A DNA stretch of 28,806 nucleotides from a virus (Duplodnaviria > Caudoviricetes): the IMG/VR virus record IMGVR_UViG_3300031565_004587, positions 1 to 28,806 of that record; one strand, given 5' to 3'. Made by a program: the position numbers and the translations under genes. The notes under the pieces were generated by a model. It worked only from the letters and a program-made list of their open reading frames with translations. It was not told where the DNA came from and did not search any database. This document shows, piece after piece, positions 16,931 through 27,600 of this stretch. Numbering within the stretch: the stretch's first letter is position 1; every line of letters starts with the position of its first letter.

Positions 16931-18036
16931 AAGACTCCATTCATTCACTAGTTCTTACCGAAATGGATACTAAGACTAGAATTATAAAATATGAACACAT
17001 CTGGGTAATTCCAGGTTCTGTTCAAAATCTATCAAATACTGTAATTAAAGGGAATACCTACACCCCTACAAAAGGAGATCGTATCTGGTTTTATCCAGGA
17101 TGCGATGTTCCTAGATTTAAAGTAAAACAGTTCTGTGTGAAAAATGATATAGCTGTTGTAAAATATGCAGATAAAGCCAATGTAAAATTCATTGGCCCAG
17201 AAACACTCAAGGGAATAATCGATAGTCAGTATATATACAATGTACCAAAAGTAGATTTTCTTAAATGGTTTGATACCATAATGTGTAATGCTTATATAGA
17301 AATAAGAGAATTGATTGTAAACTCTCCTAACGAGGTTATATATTTAGAGTACGATACTCGTGAGTATTTTACAGAAAAAGAGTTTTTTGGTAAAAATATA
17401 TTAGACACTGATCTTATTGATCATAATAATATACTATACAGTACTGAAGAAAATCATGAAAAATTATTAGTACTCCAACAAGATCCTAAAATAAAATCAC
17501 AAGATGATATCTTAAGCTTGTTGAACACTGGTATCATATTAGATGAACAGATGTATAACGATGTTCACAGATTGTTCGAAAGTTCTGATAAAGAGAATAC
17601 AAAAGTGGCTATGGAAGCCATGGCGAATTGTGATTTTCAAAAATCTGCTGTATATTTGCTGCTCTTAATGAAAGAATACGGTCAGAAGATCTCAGACTCT
17701 GGAAATAAACATCATGTTAACTTCAAGTCTCTGATTAAATATTTTAAGATTACTAATCTCGAAAATATGACAGTAGATAATATGATCAATTCATTAAGAG
17801 GTCAAAAACTATTAAGTGTAGATAATCTTAACAGGCTAATGCCCTTAGCCATGAAGAGAATTAGAGAAAAAGGAGATATGAACAACATCAAAATCAAAGA
17901 TGTTGAACTATCTGAAGAAGCGGAGTTAAGTGTTGCTGAGAATATATTAGATCAGCAAATCCCTATCCCTTCTGTTCCTGTACCGGAAACGCTAGAACAC
18001 AACACTCTTTTTACAGATGTAAAAGAACCTTTTTAA
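16927..18036 (+). CDS. Uncharacterised protein: possible BRCT-like N-domain plus paralogue 3 helical domain
   Basis: LDEQMYNDVHRLFESSDKENTKVAMEAMANCDFQKSAVYLLLL at residues 205-247; ATGA-coupled. Confidence 0.8.
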   Translation: MKDSIHSLVLTEMDTKTRIIKYEHIWVIPGSVQNLSNTVIKGNTYTPTKGDRIWFYPGCDVPRFKVKQFCVKNDIAVVKYADKANVKFIGPETLKGIIDSQYIYNVPKVDFLKWFDTIMCNAYIEIRELIVNSPNEVIYLEYDTREYFTEKEFFGKNILDTDLIDHNNILYSTEENHEKLLVLQQDPKIKSQDDILSLLNTGIILDEQMYNDVHRLFESSDKENTKVAMEAMANCDFQKSAVYLLLLMKEYGQKISDSGNKHHVNFKSLIKYFKITNLENMTVDNMINSLRGQKLLSVDNLNRLMPLAMKRIREKGDMNNIKIKDVELSEEAELSVAENILDQQIPIPSVPVPETLEHNTLFTDVKEPF

Positions 18037-18045
18037 ACTACATAA

Positions 18046-19056
18046 ATGGTATCAACTACTGAAAAAACACCCGCAGAACTCCAACAGGAGTTTTATTCAA
18101 AACCTCTTTACTTAAGTTATTCGGCTTTAAGTAAAATGATGTATTCACCTTCGCTGTTCTATAGACACTATGTCTTACAACAAAGAGAAGAAAAACTAGA
18201 TACGTATCTCATAGATGGTAAGGTTATTCATTGTCTATTATTAGATGATGGAAGCTTTGACAAACAATTTATGCTGATGCCTTCTGCAGTACCGACCGGA
18301 AACACCAAATTAGTAGTAGATAAGGTATACAATATCGTTAAAGAGGCTCCTGGCATCCTCGGAGACTATACTGTAGAAATTATTGAAATACTACAAGAGA
18401 TCAAGTTACATCAGGCTCTTAAAACAGATGCCCAACGTATAGATAAAATAGTCACAGCAGAAACTAAGTCATACTTTGAGTTCTTAAAAATCAAAGGTGG
18501 TAAAGATCTTCTTGATGAAGAAACTATGAAGAGATGTAACGAAGCGGTAACGGCTATTCGCAATAATGAACTATGTAGTGGTTTATTAGGTCTTGTTAGA
18601 CACGAAATGGAAAATCTTGATGTGTTTAATGAGACAGCATTAACCTCAGAACCTTTTGAAGACAAGTATCCATTTGGTCTCAAGGGTATACTAGATAATA
18701 TTAAGGTAGATTATGATCGTAAAACGATTTATGTCAATGACCTTAAAACAACTGGTAAAACCATTGTAGACTTTAAAGACACAGTAGAGTATTTCAACTA
18801 CTGGGCTCAAATGGCTATTTATGAGAGATTAGTGAGAGAGGCCTTCAAAGAGTTATTAACAGAAGAATGGGTTCTTGAGTTTCACTTTGTGGTAGTAGAT
18901 AAGTACAATCAGGTATACCCGTTTAAGGTATCTCGTGAAACTATGGATCTATGGCAACAAAGACTGAATGTTAAACTAACTGAATTCGCCTGGCACTACA
19001 AAGAAAAAAGATATGAGTTGCCATATCAATTTGCAAGCAGCAACGTAATACTTTAA
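18046..19056 (+). CDS. PD-(D/E)XK nuclease (RecE/ExoVIII/RecB-like)
   Basis: LSYSAL, GKVIHCLLL, LKGILD, NDLKTT and QMAIY. Confidence 0.85.
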   Translation: MVSTTEKTPAELQQEFYSKPLYLSYSALSKMMYSPSLFYRHYVLQQREEKLDTYLIDGKVIHCLLLDDGSFDKQFMLMPSAVPTGNTKLVVDKVYNIVKEAPGILGDYTVEIIEILQEIKLHQALKTDAQRIDKIVTAETKSYFEFLKIKGGKDLLDEETMKRCNEAVTAIRNNELCSGLLGLVRHEMENLDVFNETALTSEPFEDKYPFGLKGILDNIKVDYDRKTIYVNDLKTTGKTIVDFKDTVEYFNYWAQMAIYERLVREAFKELLTEEWVLEFHFVVVDKYNQVYPFKVSRETMDLWQQRLNVKLTEFAWHYKEKRYELPYQFASSNVIL

Positions 19057-19060
19057 AACA

Positions 19061-19627
19061 ATGGCTATCCAATCTTTATACAAAGATTATTTTCAAAAGA
19101 GTAAGGTATTTTTATACCCTGTTTTGGATATTAAAAGAGTTGTTAGTGTAGTCCCAATAGATACTTATGCTTTTTGGGAAGGACATTACAACATGGGTGA
19201 TTGTAAGCTGTCATGCTTATATCATTTACGCACAGATCCAGAATTCAGACAATTCGAGAAGATAAAACTATTTGGTAATAGGTTATTTCATGACTTTAAA
19301 CAAACAGCAGATAATAAAGGTATTTATATCTTTGACTTTAGCCCGTTTAAAGAAGATTGGAATAATTTCCTTAGAGGTAAGTACTCATTAATGAGTGCTG
19401 CCCATAAGTCTAAAATCAAATCTTTTTATGGTCAGAATAGTCGCAATTATGCATACATAGAAAGTTTTCTACATCCAGAAAAGTACTATAGTATGTATTC
19501 AGAAATAATAAATGTCAAAGAAGAAGTGCTTAAAGATGTAGGCCAATTGTGTGATAGACCAGATTTTGTAAAGGAAACCTTAACTGTTTCTGTAAAATAT
19601 TTGGATTTACAACAAAAAACTACTTAA
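19061..19627 (+). CDS. Hypothetical protein
   Basis: 188-aa ORF with FLYP and F..GKYS segments. Confidence 0.75.
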   Translation: MAIQSLYKDYFQKSKVFLYPVLDIKRVVSVVPIDTYAFWEGHYNMGDCKLSCLYHLRTDPEFRQFEKIKLFGNRLFHDFKQTADNKGIYIFDFSPFKEDWNNFLRGKYSLMSAAHKSKIKSFYGQNSRNYAYIESFLHPEKYYSMYSEIINVKEEVLKDVGQLCDRPDFVKETLTVSVKYLDLQQKTT

Positions 19628-19631
19628 TTTG
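19600..19631 (+). promoter_or_regulatory. Putative Bacteroidota-type promoter
   Basis: TTTG-N20-TTAATTTG upstream of ATG 19655; one mismatch to TAnnTTTG. Confidence 0.4.
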
Positions 19632-19654
19632 CATACACTAAAAACCAACAAACC

Positions 19655-20077
19655 ATGTCTACAATTCAAAAATCAATGTTGCTTATCTCTTCGGAAAGAT
19701 CAGGTTATCCAACATTTAGAATGATCCCACTTACTATTGATTGCCCATTCGGTGAAATAGTATTTGTACCAGATGCAAGAGCATTGCAAATCCTATATAA
19801 ACATACAGTAGAAGGGCTTCATATGATGCCTAAACTGGATGATAATGGGAATCCAATGATCAACGCTAAAGCACCAAAAGGATCTAATCCTTACAAACAA
19901 GAAAGAAAAACATTATCTGTACCTCAGGATGCATACATCCACAATCCAAAAGAGATTGAAGAGTTCGTAGAAATGTTCGCTATCAATGATAAGTTCGACT
20001 ATAAAATATTTATGGTAGAGCCGAAAGCACCAATCATTGAACAACCAGAGATTCCTAAACTAATATTACCTAGCTAG
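19655..20077 (+). CDS. Hypothetical protein
   Basis: 140-aa ORF between a promoter-like element and a terminator. Confidence 0.75.
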   Translation: MSTIQKSMLLISSERSGYPTFRMIPLTIDCPFGEIVFVPDARALQILYKHTVEGLHMMPKLDDNGNPMINAKAPKGSNPYKQERKTLSVPQDAYIHNPKEIEEFVEMFAINDKFDYKIFMVEPKAPIIEQPEIPKLILPS

Positions 20078-20100
20078 GTAATTTAATATACATCACAGTA

Positions 20101-20128
20101 AAAAGGCAGGCGTAATAACCTGCCTTTT
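20101..20128. terminator. Rho-independent terminator, possibly bidirectional
   Basis: AAAAGGCAGG-CGTAATAA-CCTGCCTTTT, a perfect 10-bp inverted repeat. Confidence 0.8.
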
Positions 20129-20146
20129 CTGTCTAATCCAATTAAC

Positions 20147-22072
20147 ATGATCCACTGGGTACACGATTATGAAACCTTATCCAATTGCTTTATTGCAGTA
20201 TTTGAACACTACAAGGAAGATGAACGTAAGATATTCGTAATACATACACTTAGAGATGATAGAGTAGAGCTGTTTAATTTCCTACAACAAAACAAGAAGA
20301 AAAAAGAATGGCATATCTCATTCAATGGTCTTGCATTTGACTCTCAGATAACTGAGTTTATAATGCGTGATAAAAAGCTTCTCAAAATGACACCGGAAGA
20401 AGCAGCTAAAGCGATCTATGCTGTAGCTCAAGAAACCATTACAAAATCAAATAACCGAGAATTCGCAAAGTATCCTGAATGGCAACTAAGCATCGGACAA
20501 ATTGATATTTTTAAACTCAATCACTGGGATAATCCTAACAAAAGATCAAGTCTTAAGTGGTTACAGTTTGCAATGGATTGGCCTACCGTACAAGAAATGC
20601 CTATAAGTCATACCTATAATGTAAGAACCCTAGCTGAAATCGATATAATAATCTCTTATTGTATTAATGACGTTAGGTCAACCAAGAAGCTAATGCTTCT
20701 ATCCAAGCCTCTACTGGATGTGAGATCTCGTATCAAATCAAAATACGATCTTAAATGCTATAGCTATTCTAATACAAAGATGGGAAGTGAACTACTTCTC
20801 AAACTGTACTGTGATGCTACTGGTCAAGATCCAAAAGAGGTAAAACACTACAGAACATTTAGAGATCAAATAGAGATATCTGATATAGTATTTCCTTATC
20901 TTAAGTTCCAGAGCCTAGATTTAATCGGGTTTTATGAAATGCTAAAGGGTAAAGTAATCAAGAATACTAAAAAAGACTTCGTTTATACCCTTAAGTACAA
21001 GGGTTATGAGTTTCACTACGGTGCTGGGGGTATTCATCAGTGTATAGAACGTGGGATTTATAAAGCAGATGATCGGTTTATAATCAAAGACGCAGATGTA
21101 GGTTCCCAATATCCAAGCATAGCTTGTGTAAATGGAATGTATCCAGCTCATCTTGGACCACAGTTCTTTAAAGTGTACAAGGAAGGTATTGTAGACGTCA
21201 GGATGGCTGAAAAAAGAAAGAAAGAAGGAAAGGACATGGCAATCATTGAAGGCTTTAAAGAGGCTGCAAATGCTTCTTATGGTAATAGCAATAGTAAGTT
21301 TTCCTGGTTATATGACCCGAGATATACTATGCAAACCACCATTAATGGTCAATTATTGATCACCATGCTTGTAGAAGATATCCTTTTAAACATTCCTGAA
21401 GTTCAATTACTACAAACCAATACTGATGGATTTACCATGAGATTTCCAAAAGAACACCTACCTAAATACGAAGAGATATGCAAAGCATGGGAACAAGTAA
21501 CCAAACTGAGCCTCGAGTTTGCAGACTATGCCGCAATGTATATCTGGGATGTAAACAATTACATGGGTCACTATTTAAGTGGTAAAACCAAATGTAAGGG
21601 TAGATTTGAATGGGAAGATCTTCAAAACCACAAAGTAACACACTTAAACAAGAACAAGAGTCATCTAATAGTATCCAAAGCACTCTATAATTACTTTATC
21701 AAAGATGTCCCACCTGAAAGATACCTGGCCGAGAATAGAAATATCTATGACTATTGTGCCGGTATAAAGATCAAAGGGGATTGGAAGTTTGTCCAGAGCT
21801 GTTACAAGAGTACAGGAATGGTAGAACAGGATCTTCAATCAACCTTAAGATACTATATATCTGAGAAGGGGTGTAAGATCATCAAAAGAAATATCCTTGA
21901 TGGAAGAGAGATTCAAGTTGAAGCCGGAATATGGCTCCAACAAGAATTCAACACCTTTCAAGAGAAACGCTGGGAAGATTATCATGTAGATGAGTCTTAT
22001 TACCTAGAAGAAATATACAAAGAAATCAACAATTTAGTACCTAAAATCAACCAATATAAACTCGAATTCTAA
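20147..22072 (+). CDS. Family B DNA polymerase with 3'-5' exonuclease
   Basis: Exo I HDYET, Exo II SFNGLAFD, Exo III YCINDV. Polymerase motifs A DADVGSQYPS, B KEAANASYG and C QTNTDG. Confidence 0.93.
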   Translation: MIHWVHDYETLSNCFIAVFEHYKEDERKIFVIHTLRDDRVELFNFLQQNKKKKEWHISFNGLAFDSQITEFIMRDKKLLKMTPEEAAKAIYAVAQETITKSNNREFAKYPEWQLSIGQIDIFKLNHWDNPNKRSSLKWLQFAMDWPTVQEMPISHTYNVRTLAEIDIIISYCINDVRSTKKLMLLSKPLLDVRSRIKSKYDLKCYSYSNTKMGSELLLKLYCDATGQDPKEVKHYRTFRDQIEISDIVFPYLKFQSLDLIGFYEMLKGKVIKNTKKDFVYTLKYKGYEFHYGAGGIHQCIERGIYKADDRFIIKDADVGSQYPSIACVNGMYPAHLGPQFFKVYKEGIVDVRMAEKRKKEGKDMAIIEGFKEAANASYGNSNSKFSWLYDPRYTMQTTINGQLLITMLVEDILLNIPEVQLLQTNTDGFTMRFPKEHLPKYEEICKAWEQVTKLSLEFADYAAMYIWDVNNYMGHYLSGKTKCKGRFEWEDLQNHKVTHLNKNKSHLIVSKALYNYFIKDVPPERYLAENRNIYDYCAGIKIKGDWKFVQSCYKSTGMVEQDLQSTLRYYISEKGCKIIKRNILDGREIQVEAGIWLQQEFNTFQEKRWEDYHVDESYYLEEIYKEINNLVPKINQYKLEF

Positions 22073-22896
22073 TGGGAAAAAGATCAATAACAACAACCAA
22101 AGATTACTTAATAAATGCAGCATTACCTCAGTTCAAAGAGAGCTATACTGTAATTGAACACGGCTTTGTAATCAATAAAACCTTAGAGCTATTAGCTTCT
22201 AAGGGTTTTGCTGTAAGGAATGAGCTTTACAGATGTAACGAAAATGCACAAATAGCCCAAGGAGTATACCATTTAGATTATGGTAACGATCCTGATATGG
22301 GAATGATGTTCGCCTGGAGTAACTCATATGATAAATCGATGAGGTTCAAGTGTGCTATCGGAGGATACGTATTTATCTGTATGAACGGAGTTGTATCCGG
22401 AAACATGGGGTCATGGGGTCGTAAGCATACAGGAACCGCTGATGAGGATACACAGGAACAAATGACACAGCAAATCGATTCAGCTGATATTTACTTCAAC
22501 CAACTGGTTCAGGATAAAGCGAGCATGCAAACTGTAAATCTATCTGTACAAAATCGTGCTGAGTTAATGGGTAGATTGTTCTTTGAACATAAGCTTGTTA
22601 CTCTAGAACAGTTATCGATCGTACGACAAGAAGTTCAGAAACCATCTTATCAATACACAGGCGGACCTGATACTTTATGGGCCCTTTATAACCATATCAC
22701 GCATGCTTTGAAAAGTTCACATCCTAGGTTATGGATGGATCAGCAAAGAATGGTTCACTGGTTTATAACAGACACCTTTGGAATACAGACTACTCCTAAC
22801 ATGACTGTAGCAATACCTACTCCACAAGTTGTATCAAATCAGATAACTATAGAACAAGTAATTGCTGAAGTTGAAGGTACTGATGGTAGCGCCTAA
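22072..22896 (+). CDS. DUF932-like protein
   Basis: NSYDKS, GGYVFICMNG, RKHTG and TLWALYNHIT; TAATG-coupled to the polymerase. Confidence 0.75.
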   Translation: MGKRSITTTKDYLINAALPQFKESYTVIEHGFVINKTLELLASKGFAVRNELYRCNENAQIAQGVYHLDYGNDPDMGMMFAWSNSYDKSMRFKCAIGGYVFICMNGVVSGNMGSWGRKHTGTADEDTQEQMTQQIDSADIYFNQLVQDKASMQTVNLSVQNRAELMGRLFFEHKLVTLEQLSIVRQEVQKPSYQYTGGPDTLWALYNHITHALKSSHPRLWMDQQRMVHWFITDTFGIQTTPNMTVAIPTPQVVSNQITIEQVIAEVEGTDGSA

Positions 22897-23248
22897 AATA
22901 TCTGTTTTTAATACACCTTTTAGTAAAGTATCTATGGTACATAATCCTATGTTTGATGAACCCCATTCACCAGCAAAAGTGTCTAAATTAATCCCTCCTT
23001 ATTTTTTAGGAACCGGGAAAGATTTTGACTCTTTTATGGTGTTTCATGAAGGTCATGCTTTACATCCGGGAGATGTAATGAGCTGTGGTAAAGTAAATAT
23101 AAGAGTGATGGCAAATTCAGCTGTAGAAGAAGATTTTTTCGAAGATATCTATATAACTACAGTTCAGATTGTCACTAACGACCCTCAAGTAGAAGTAGAT
23201 ATTAATACCAGAACACTAGAACATATGTATTCTGCAACAACAAAATAA
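22883..23248 (+). CDS. Hypothetical protein
   Basis: ATG 22883 is preferred over TTG 22862. Confidence 0.6.
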   Translation: MVAPKISVFNTPFSKVSMVHNPMFDEPHSPAKVSKLIPPYFLGTGKDFDSFMVFHEGHALHPGDVMSCGKVNIRVMANSAVEEDFFEDIYITTVQIVTNDPQVEVDINTRTLEHMYSATTK

Positions 23249-23267
23249 TTCTTATCTTAGTATTAGA

Positions 23268-23597
23268 ATGCTTGAAACTATAAAATTCCAATGCTATTAT
23301 TGCAGGGAACAGCTAACTGATACTACGAGAACCCGGGACCATGTCTGGCCCAAATCCAAAGGAGGTAAACTTTACAAGAAAAATAAAGTCTATGCTTGTA
23401 GATCCTGTAACAGATATAAAAGAGACCTAACCATTGAAGAATGGCTAGAAATATTAATAACCTTAAAACAAACAAAGAAGAATCAAAAGATCTGGGCCAA
23501 AAAGGAGACAATTATTGTTATCTTGCGCTCATTAATTGAATATCTAAAATATAACAATCATGAAAACACAGTTAAAACAAGTAGAAGAGTTTCATAA
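23268..23597 (+). CDS. HNH endonuclease
   Basis: CYYC, TRDHVWPKSKGG and N.VYACRSCNRYK. Confidence 0.88.
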   Translation: MLETIKFQCYYCREQLTDTTRTRDHVWPKSKGGKLYKKNKVYACRSCNRYKRDLTIEEWLEILITLKQTKKNQKIWAKKETIIVILRSLIEYLKYNNHENTVKTSRRVS

Positions 23598-23940
23598 TGC
23601 TTTTGGGCAGGTGAATGGAACTGAACCTCAACTACTGGAAGAAAAAACCTTTGAACTAAGATACCGTTTGATGGCTGAGGAGAATGAAGAATACAAGGAA
23701 GCTTGTATGAATGGTGATATTGTTCAAATCGCAGATGCATTGGGTGACCAATTATATATATTATGCGGAACTATACTTAAGCATGGACTTCAAGACAAGA
23801 TCGAAGAGATTTTTAATGAGATCCAAAACAGTAATATGAGTAAATTAGATGCGGAAGGGAAACCTCTCTTGAGAGATGATGGTAAGATCCTTAAAGGACC
23901 TAACTATTTCCCACCTAACATTTTTAAAATACTTGAGTAA
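23560..23940 (+). CDS. MazG-like / all-alpha NTP pyrophosphohydrolase
   Basis: VEEFHNAF, LMAEENEEY, ADALGDQLY, SNMSK and DGKILKGPNYFPP. Confidence 0.88.
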   Translation: MKTQLKQVEEFHNAFGQVNGTEPQLLEEKTFELRYRLMAEENEEYKEACMNGDIVQIADALGDQLYILCGTILKHGLQDKIEEIFNEIQNSNMSKLDAEGKPLLRDDGKILKGPNYFPPNIFKILE

Positions 23941-23948
23941 TAAATTAG

Positions 23949-23976
23949 AGGCATCCTTCGGGGTGCCTTTTTTTTT
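23949..23976 (+). terminator. Rho-independent terminator with cUUCGg tetraloop at the convergence of the two genome arms
   Basis: AGGCATCC-TTCG-GGGTGCCT followed by T8. Confidence 0.88.
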
Positions 23977-24652
23977 ATTTTACCGCTTCATAGAGGTTAT
24001 TAACTACACACTCGTGAATGACTTGCATTGTTAGAAGATCATCAGTAAACTTAATACCTGCTTCACTATCATTCCTACAACGATATGCATGCCCTGGTGT
24101 AATTACTTTAGAAGGATGGTATGACTGGATAGTTAAAGAAGTATCCCATGGGAACTTATCTTTAAGAATCATTCCTATATGAACATCCTCTACTCCTGAT
24201 CTTAGTGTAGTATTGCTTTTAAAATCCTTAACCAAATATTGTACAACATCACGAGATAATGCCATACCTTCTCCCCATAAAAAAGGAGCTGTTTTAGCAT
24301 AAGTAGTTTGATAGAAGTGACCCCCGTAATAATCTTCTCGAGGTTTATTACGCAGTAGTTCAACTAAGCGCTCTTTATCGATATATGTAGAGTTATCTGT
24401 TTTAAAGATGTAGTCCCACTTGTATTTAAGTAGGGTTTCAAAAGCGATCATGGTCTTATTATAAAAATGACCGTGTAATTCTGGAATATCTACATGAAGC
24501 TTATTACCTATAAGAGCGGTTTTGTAACTTGAATAGTAAAAGATAGTCTCTATCTCCTTAGAGTGATTAGCATCCCAGGTAGTCTGTTGTGCTAAGACTA
24601 GTTCTGGATACCTCTCTAGTTCTGAAGACATGACTAATATCACTACTTTCAT
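23975..24652 (-). CDS. GT-A glycosyltransferase, GT31 (galactosyltransferase/Fringe)-like
   Basis: TTW, KTMIAF, YIFKTDNSTYID, YYGG, FLWGEGMALSRDVV and EDVHIG. Confidence 0.78.
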   Translation of the reverse strand: MKVVILVMSSELERYPELVLAQQTTWDANHSKEIETIFYYSSYKTALIGNKLHVDIPELHGHFYNKTMIAFETLLKYKWDYIFKTDNSTYIDKERLVELLRNKPREDYYGGHFYQTTYAKTAPFLWGEGMALSRDVVQYLVKDFKSNTTLRSGVEDVHIGMILKDKFPWDTSLTIQSYHPSKVITPGHAYRCRNDSEAGIKFTDDLLTMQVIHECVVNNLYEAVK

Positions 24653-27600
24653 TAGAATCTACTCTGCATTGCTGTGAATGACTTACCACCTTTGATAATA
24701 TCTACATCTGAACCAGTTAAGCCGGCTGTTCTAAAGATATGATTCCAGATCTTAGCAGAACCTTTTTGTTGCCAAGGATATGGACCTGTTGTTCTCTTAT
24801 AGAATAATGATTCATCATCACCTGGCGCCGCATGCATTGCAATGTCTGTTAGTAATTGCGCGTACGTAGTAATAGTTGGGCCAAATGCTACAGAAGTTAC
24901 AGTAGACATTCTAGTATAATCATTTAATCCAAACCCCGGTAAAGGGATAAAGGTCTCATTCTCATTAGAAGTCTTTAATAACATTACCAGTAAATGATTG
25001 GCCAAGAAACCATCTAAGTGGAAATTTTCATCCCCAATTGCACCACTTCTAGCTTTCATTTTATTCCATCTGTCTGGATCATCGTCATCGTATCCAAACA
25101 TTAATGAAGTGATTGCAGAAATGATCAAGATAGTACTTACTTCAGTCAGTAGCTTTTTCATAGCGGCTTTCTCAGTAGGCTCCATCATATTAATATAGTG
25201 ACCATACGATCCTATAATCTTACTAATACTCTTAATTGACTCAATATAAAAGCCAGTTGTAACATCATTAGTGATTATACTACCACGTTGCTTCGCGAAG
25301 CGTGCCATGAACATGGAAGTAAAATACCTACGCATGAACATTACTAACCTGTATGTAAAATGTGCTTGAGCCTGAGGAGATTCGAAGTTAGCGAACGCAC
25401 CATTCAAATGCTTAGATTGTTCGTGGATCAAGTTCTTAAAATCAAGATACTTTCTTCCGCCTACTTCATACTCTCTATCAACGATATCTTTATTCAAAAC
25501 CATTAACTTACTTACGGGATCGATTTCAAAGGCCTCCATGTAAGGAACCTCAACAATCTTACCATTCACATTCTTCTCAACTTTCTTATGAATCATCATT
25601 CCTCCAAATAATTGGAAGGCTGCTTCAAGTTCCATAAACTTTCTAGGACTGTACATCCAAGATAAACTGGCAATATCACCCTCTTTACTACGACTAGCGT
25701 GACTTCCAAAAACCTCAGATAACTTACCTTGTAACGGATCAAAGAACATAAGCATTTGATTGTTCAAAGTATAATTATCTCCACCGTAGATATGATTCAT
25801 CCAATCTTTTTGTGCGCTGATTGACCAAACCTTAGCCTTCAGGTAAGATCCTGGAGACATATGTTCACCGGCCGCTGCTAACATTCTCATCTGCCATAGT
25901 GCACCCCAATAGTTCTTGGTTGCTGACGGTAGATTTAAAGCAAAGTAGCTAAAGGAGGCGCCTTTCATTAATTTACCGGTAATCTTATTTAAAAAATCTA
26001 AGTGACGTTCGCTATAGATTTTTCCTTTGAACTCACGGTTATATAAAGCATTCATTCCTGAGGCTCTTATATTCTCTTGTACTTCATTGTCTTTTTTACT
26101 AAAGATCTTTCTCTTAATAGAATTACCATTAGCCATATCTATACCATCTTTCTTGATCTTATTTTTAGGATTGTTCACCGTATTAAGGATAGCCTTGGCT
26201 ATGTGATTAATCTTAGTAAACTGTCTCTGCTTTTCAGCACTCAGTCCATATACATTAAGCACGCGTAATACATCTCGGGATGTTTCTTCAAGTTCCATAT
26301 TAGCAGTACCACTCACAGGAAGTCTATCTATTACAGAACCTTCACTGATAGAGTTCATAAAATCTATAGAATGTAAAGTCTCATCCATAGCAGCATCACC
26401 AGTTCCTTCTTCGAAATCACCGGCTTCACGCGTAAGAGCATTCACTTCTTCACGAGAAGCACCTTTAGCAAAAGCAGTAACCCCTTCTTTTAATTTTTTA
26501 AGTGTTTTGACTTTTTCACCTACTAATCTACCAGATTGTATTTGCTCTAAAGTATCATTTCTCTGACTTCCAATTCTCATTCTAGGAAGATCAAGATATA
26601 ACCTGCTCTTGTAATCGATTTCTTTTTGATTTGCAAGGTGATATTCTTTAAGATATTGTAATAACTCAGCATGCTTAGGGCTTGTTTGTTGAAGTTTATA
26701 ATAAGCCTCATTAATATACTCACTATCGATTACTTTTCCTGTAATATCTCTAGCGGGTTTTTTAGCATAATCTTCTTTATTCTTAGGTAAAAAATTACCT
26801 TTATTATCAATCCTTACACCAAGATATAACTTATTCCTTTCTTCCACATCCATCCCATACGGTATAGTACGGTACTGATCTCGTACCACTCTAGTCTTAT
26901 ACTTCATTGACGGAGTTCTACCAGTCATTGTTTTCTCTTCTACTTCTCCTGTTGTAGGATTAGTTACCTGATACTTAAAAGTTGCAAGATGACTTAATAA
27001 TTTAGGGCTCGGGGCACTCCACGCGCTTAATCGTTGGTAATTGTGAACTAAGTCTCCATCATTATTAACGTATTCTCTTCTTACATGATTAGCCATGAAC
27101 CATTTTTCAAACTCAGGACTTCTAGCCATAATTTTATCTGCAGGTACTTCCCTTTTATCTCCAATACCTTTTCCTCTAATAAAATCAGCTGCAGTAGATG
27201 CTGTTAACTTAGCATAAGGAACACCTTTGATATCATCCAGTAGATTATTAACTTGATCGATATAATGAGTTGTAGCTTCTTTTCCACGTAACTGAGCTAA
27301 CATATCAAAGATCTCAGCTCGTTCCTCACGCATTTCTACACTTAATGTAGAAAGAACTCCAGATTTTTTGATAGCTTCTTCTTTAACAATCAAAGCTTCC
27401 TGAACTCTCTTCAACTCAATCATTTTCTTTTCAGGAACTATAGAACCATCCGGTTGACCTAAGGCGTCTTTATATCCCATAACTAAACTACCCATAGCAG
27501 TAAACTCTTCAGATACATCTAGCTTCTGCTTTACTCCAGCTGGTAAATTTGCCATCCATGTATCAAGTCTTAGGAATGTTTTAGCAACATCGTTCCAATA

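Noticed and set aside
18046-19056. Cas4 / CRISPR system
   Set aside because: No Cas4-type four-Cys Fe-S pattern, no other cas genes and no repeat-spacer array seen.
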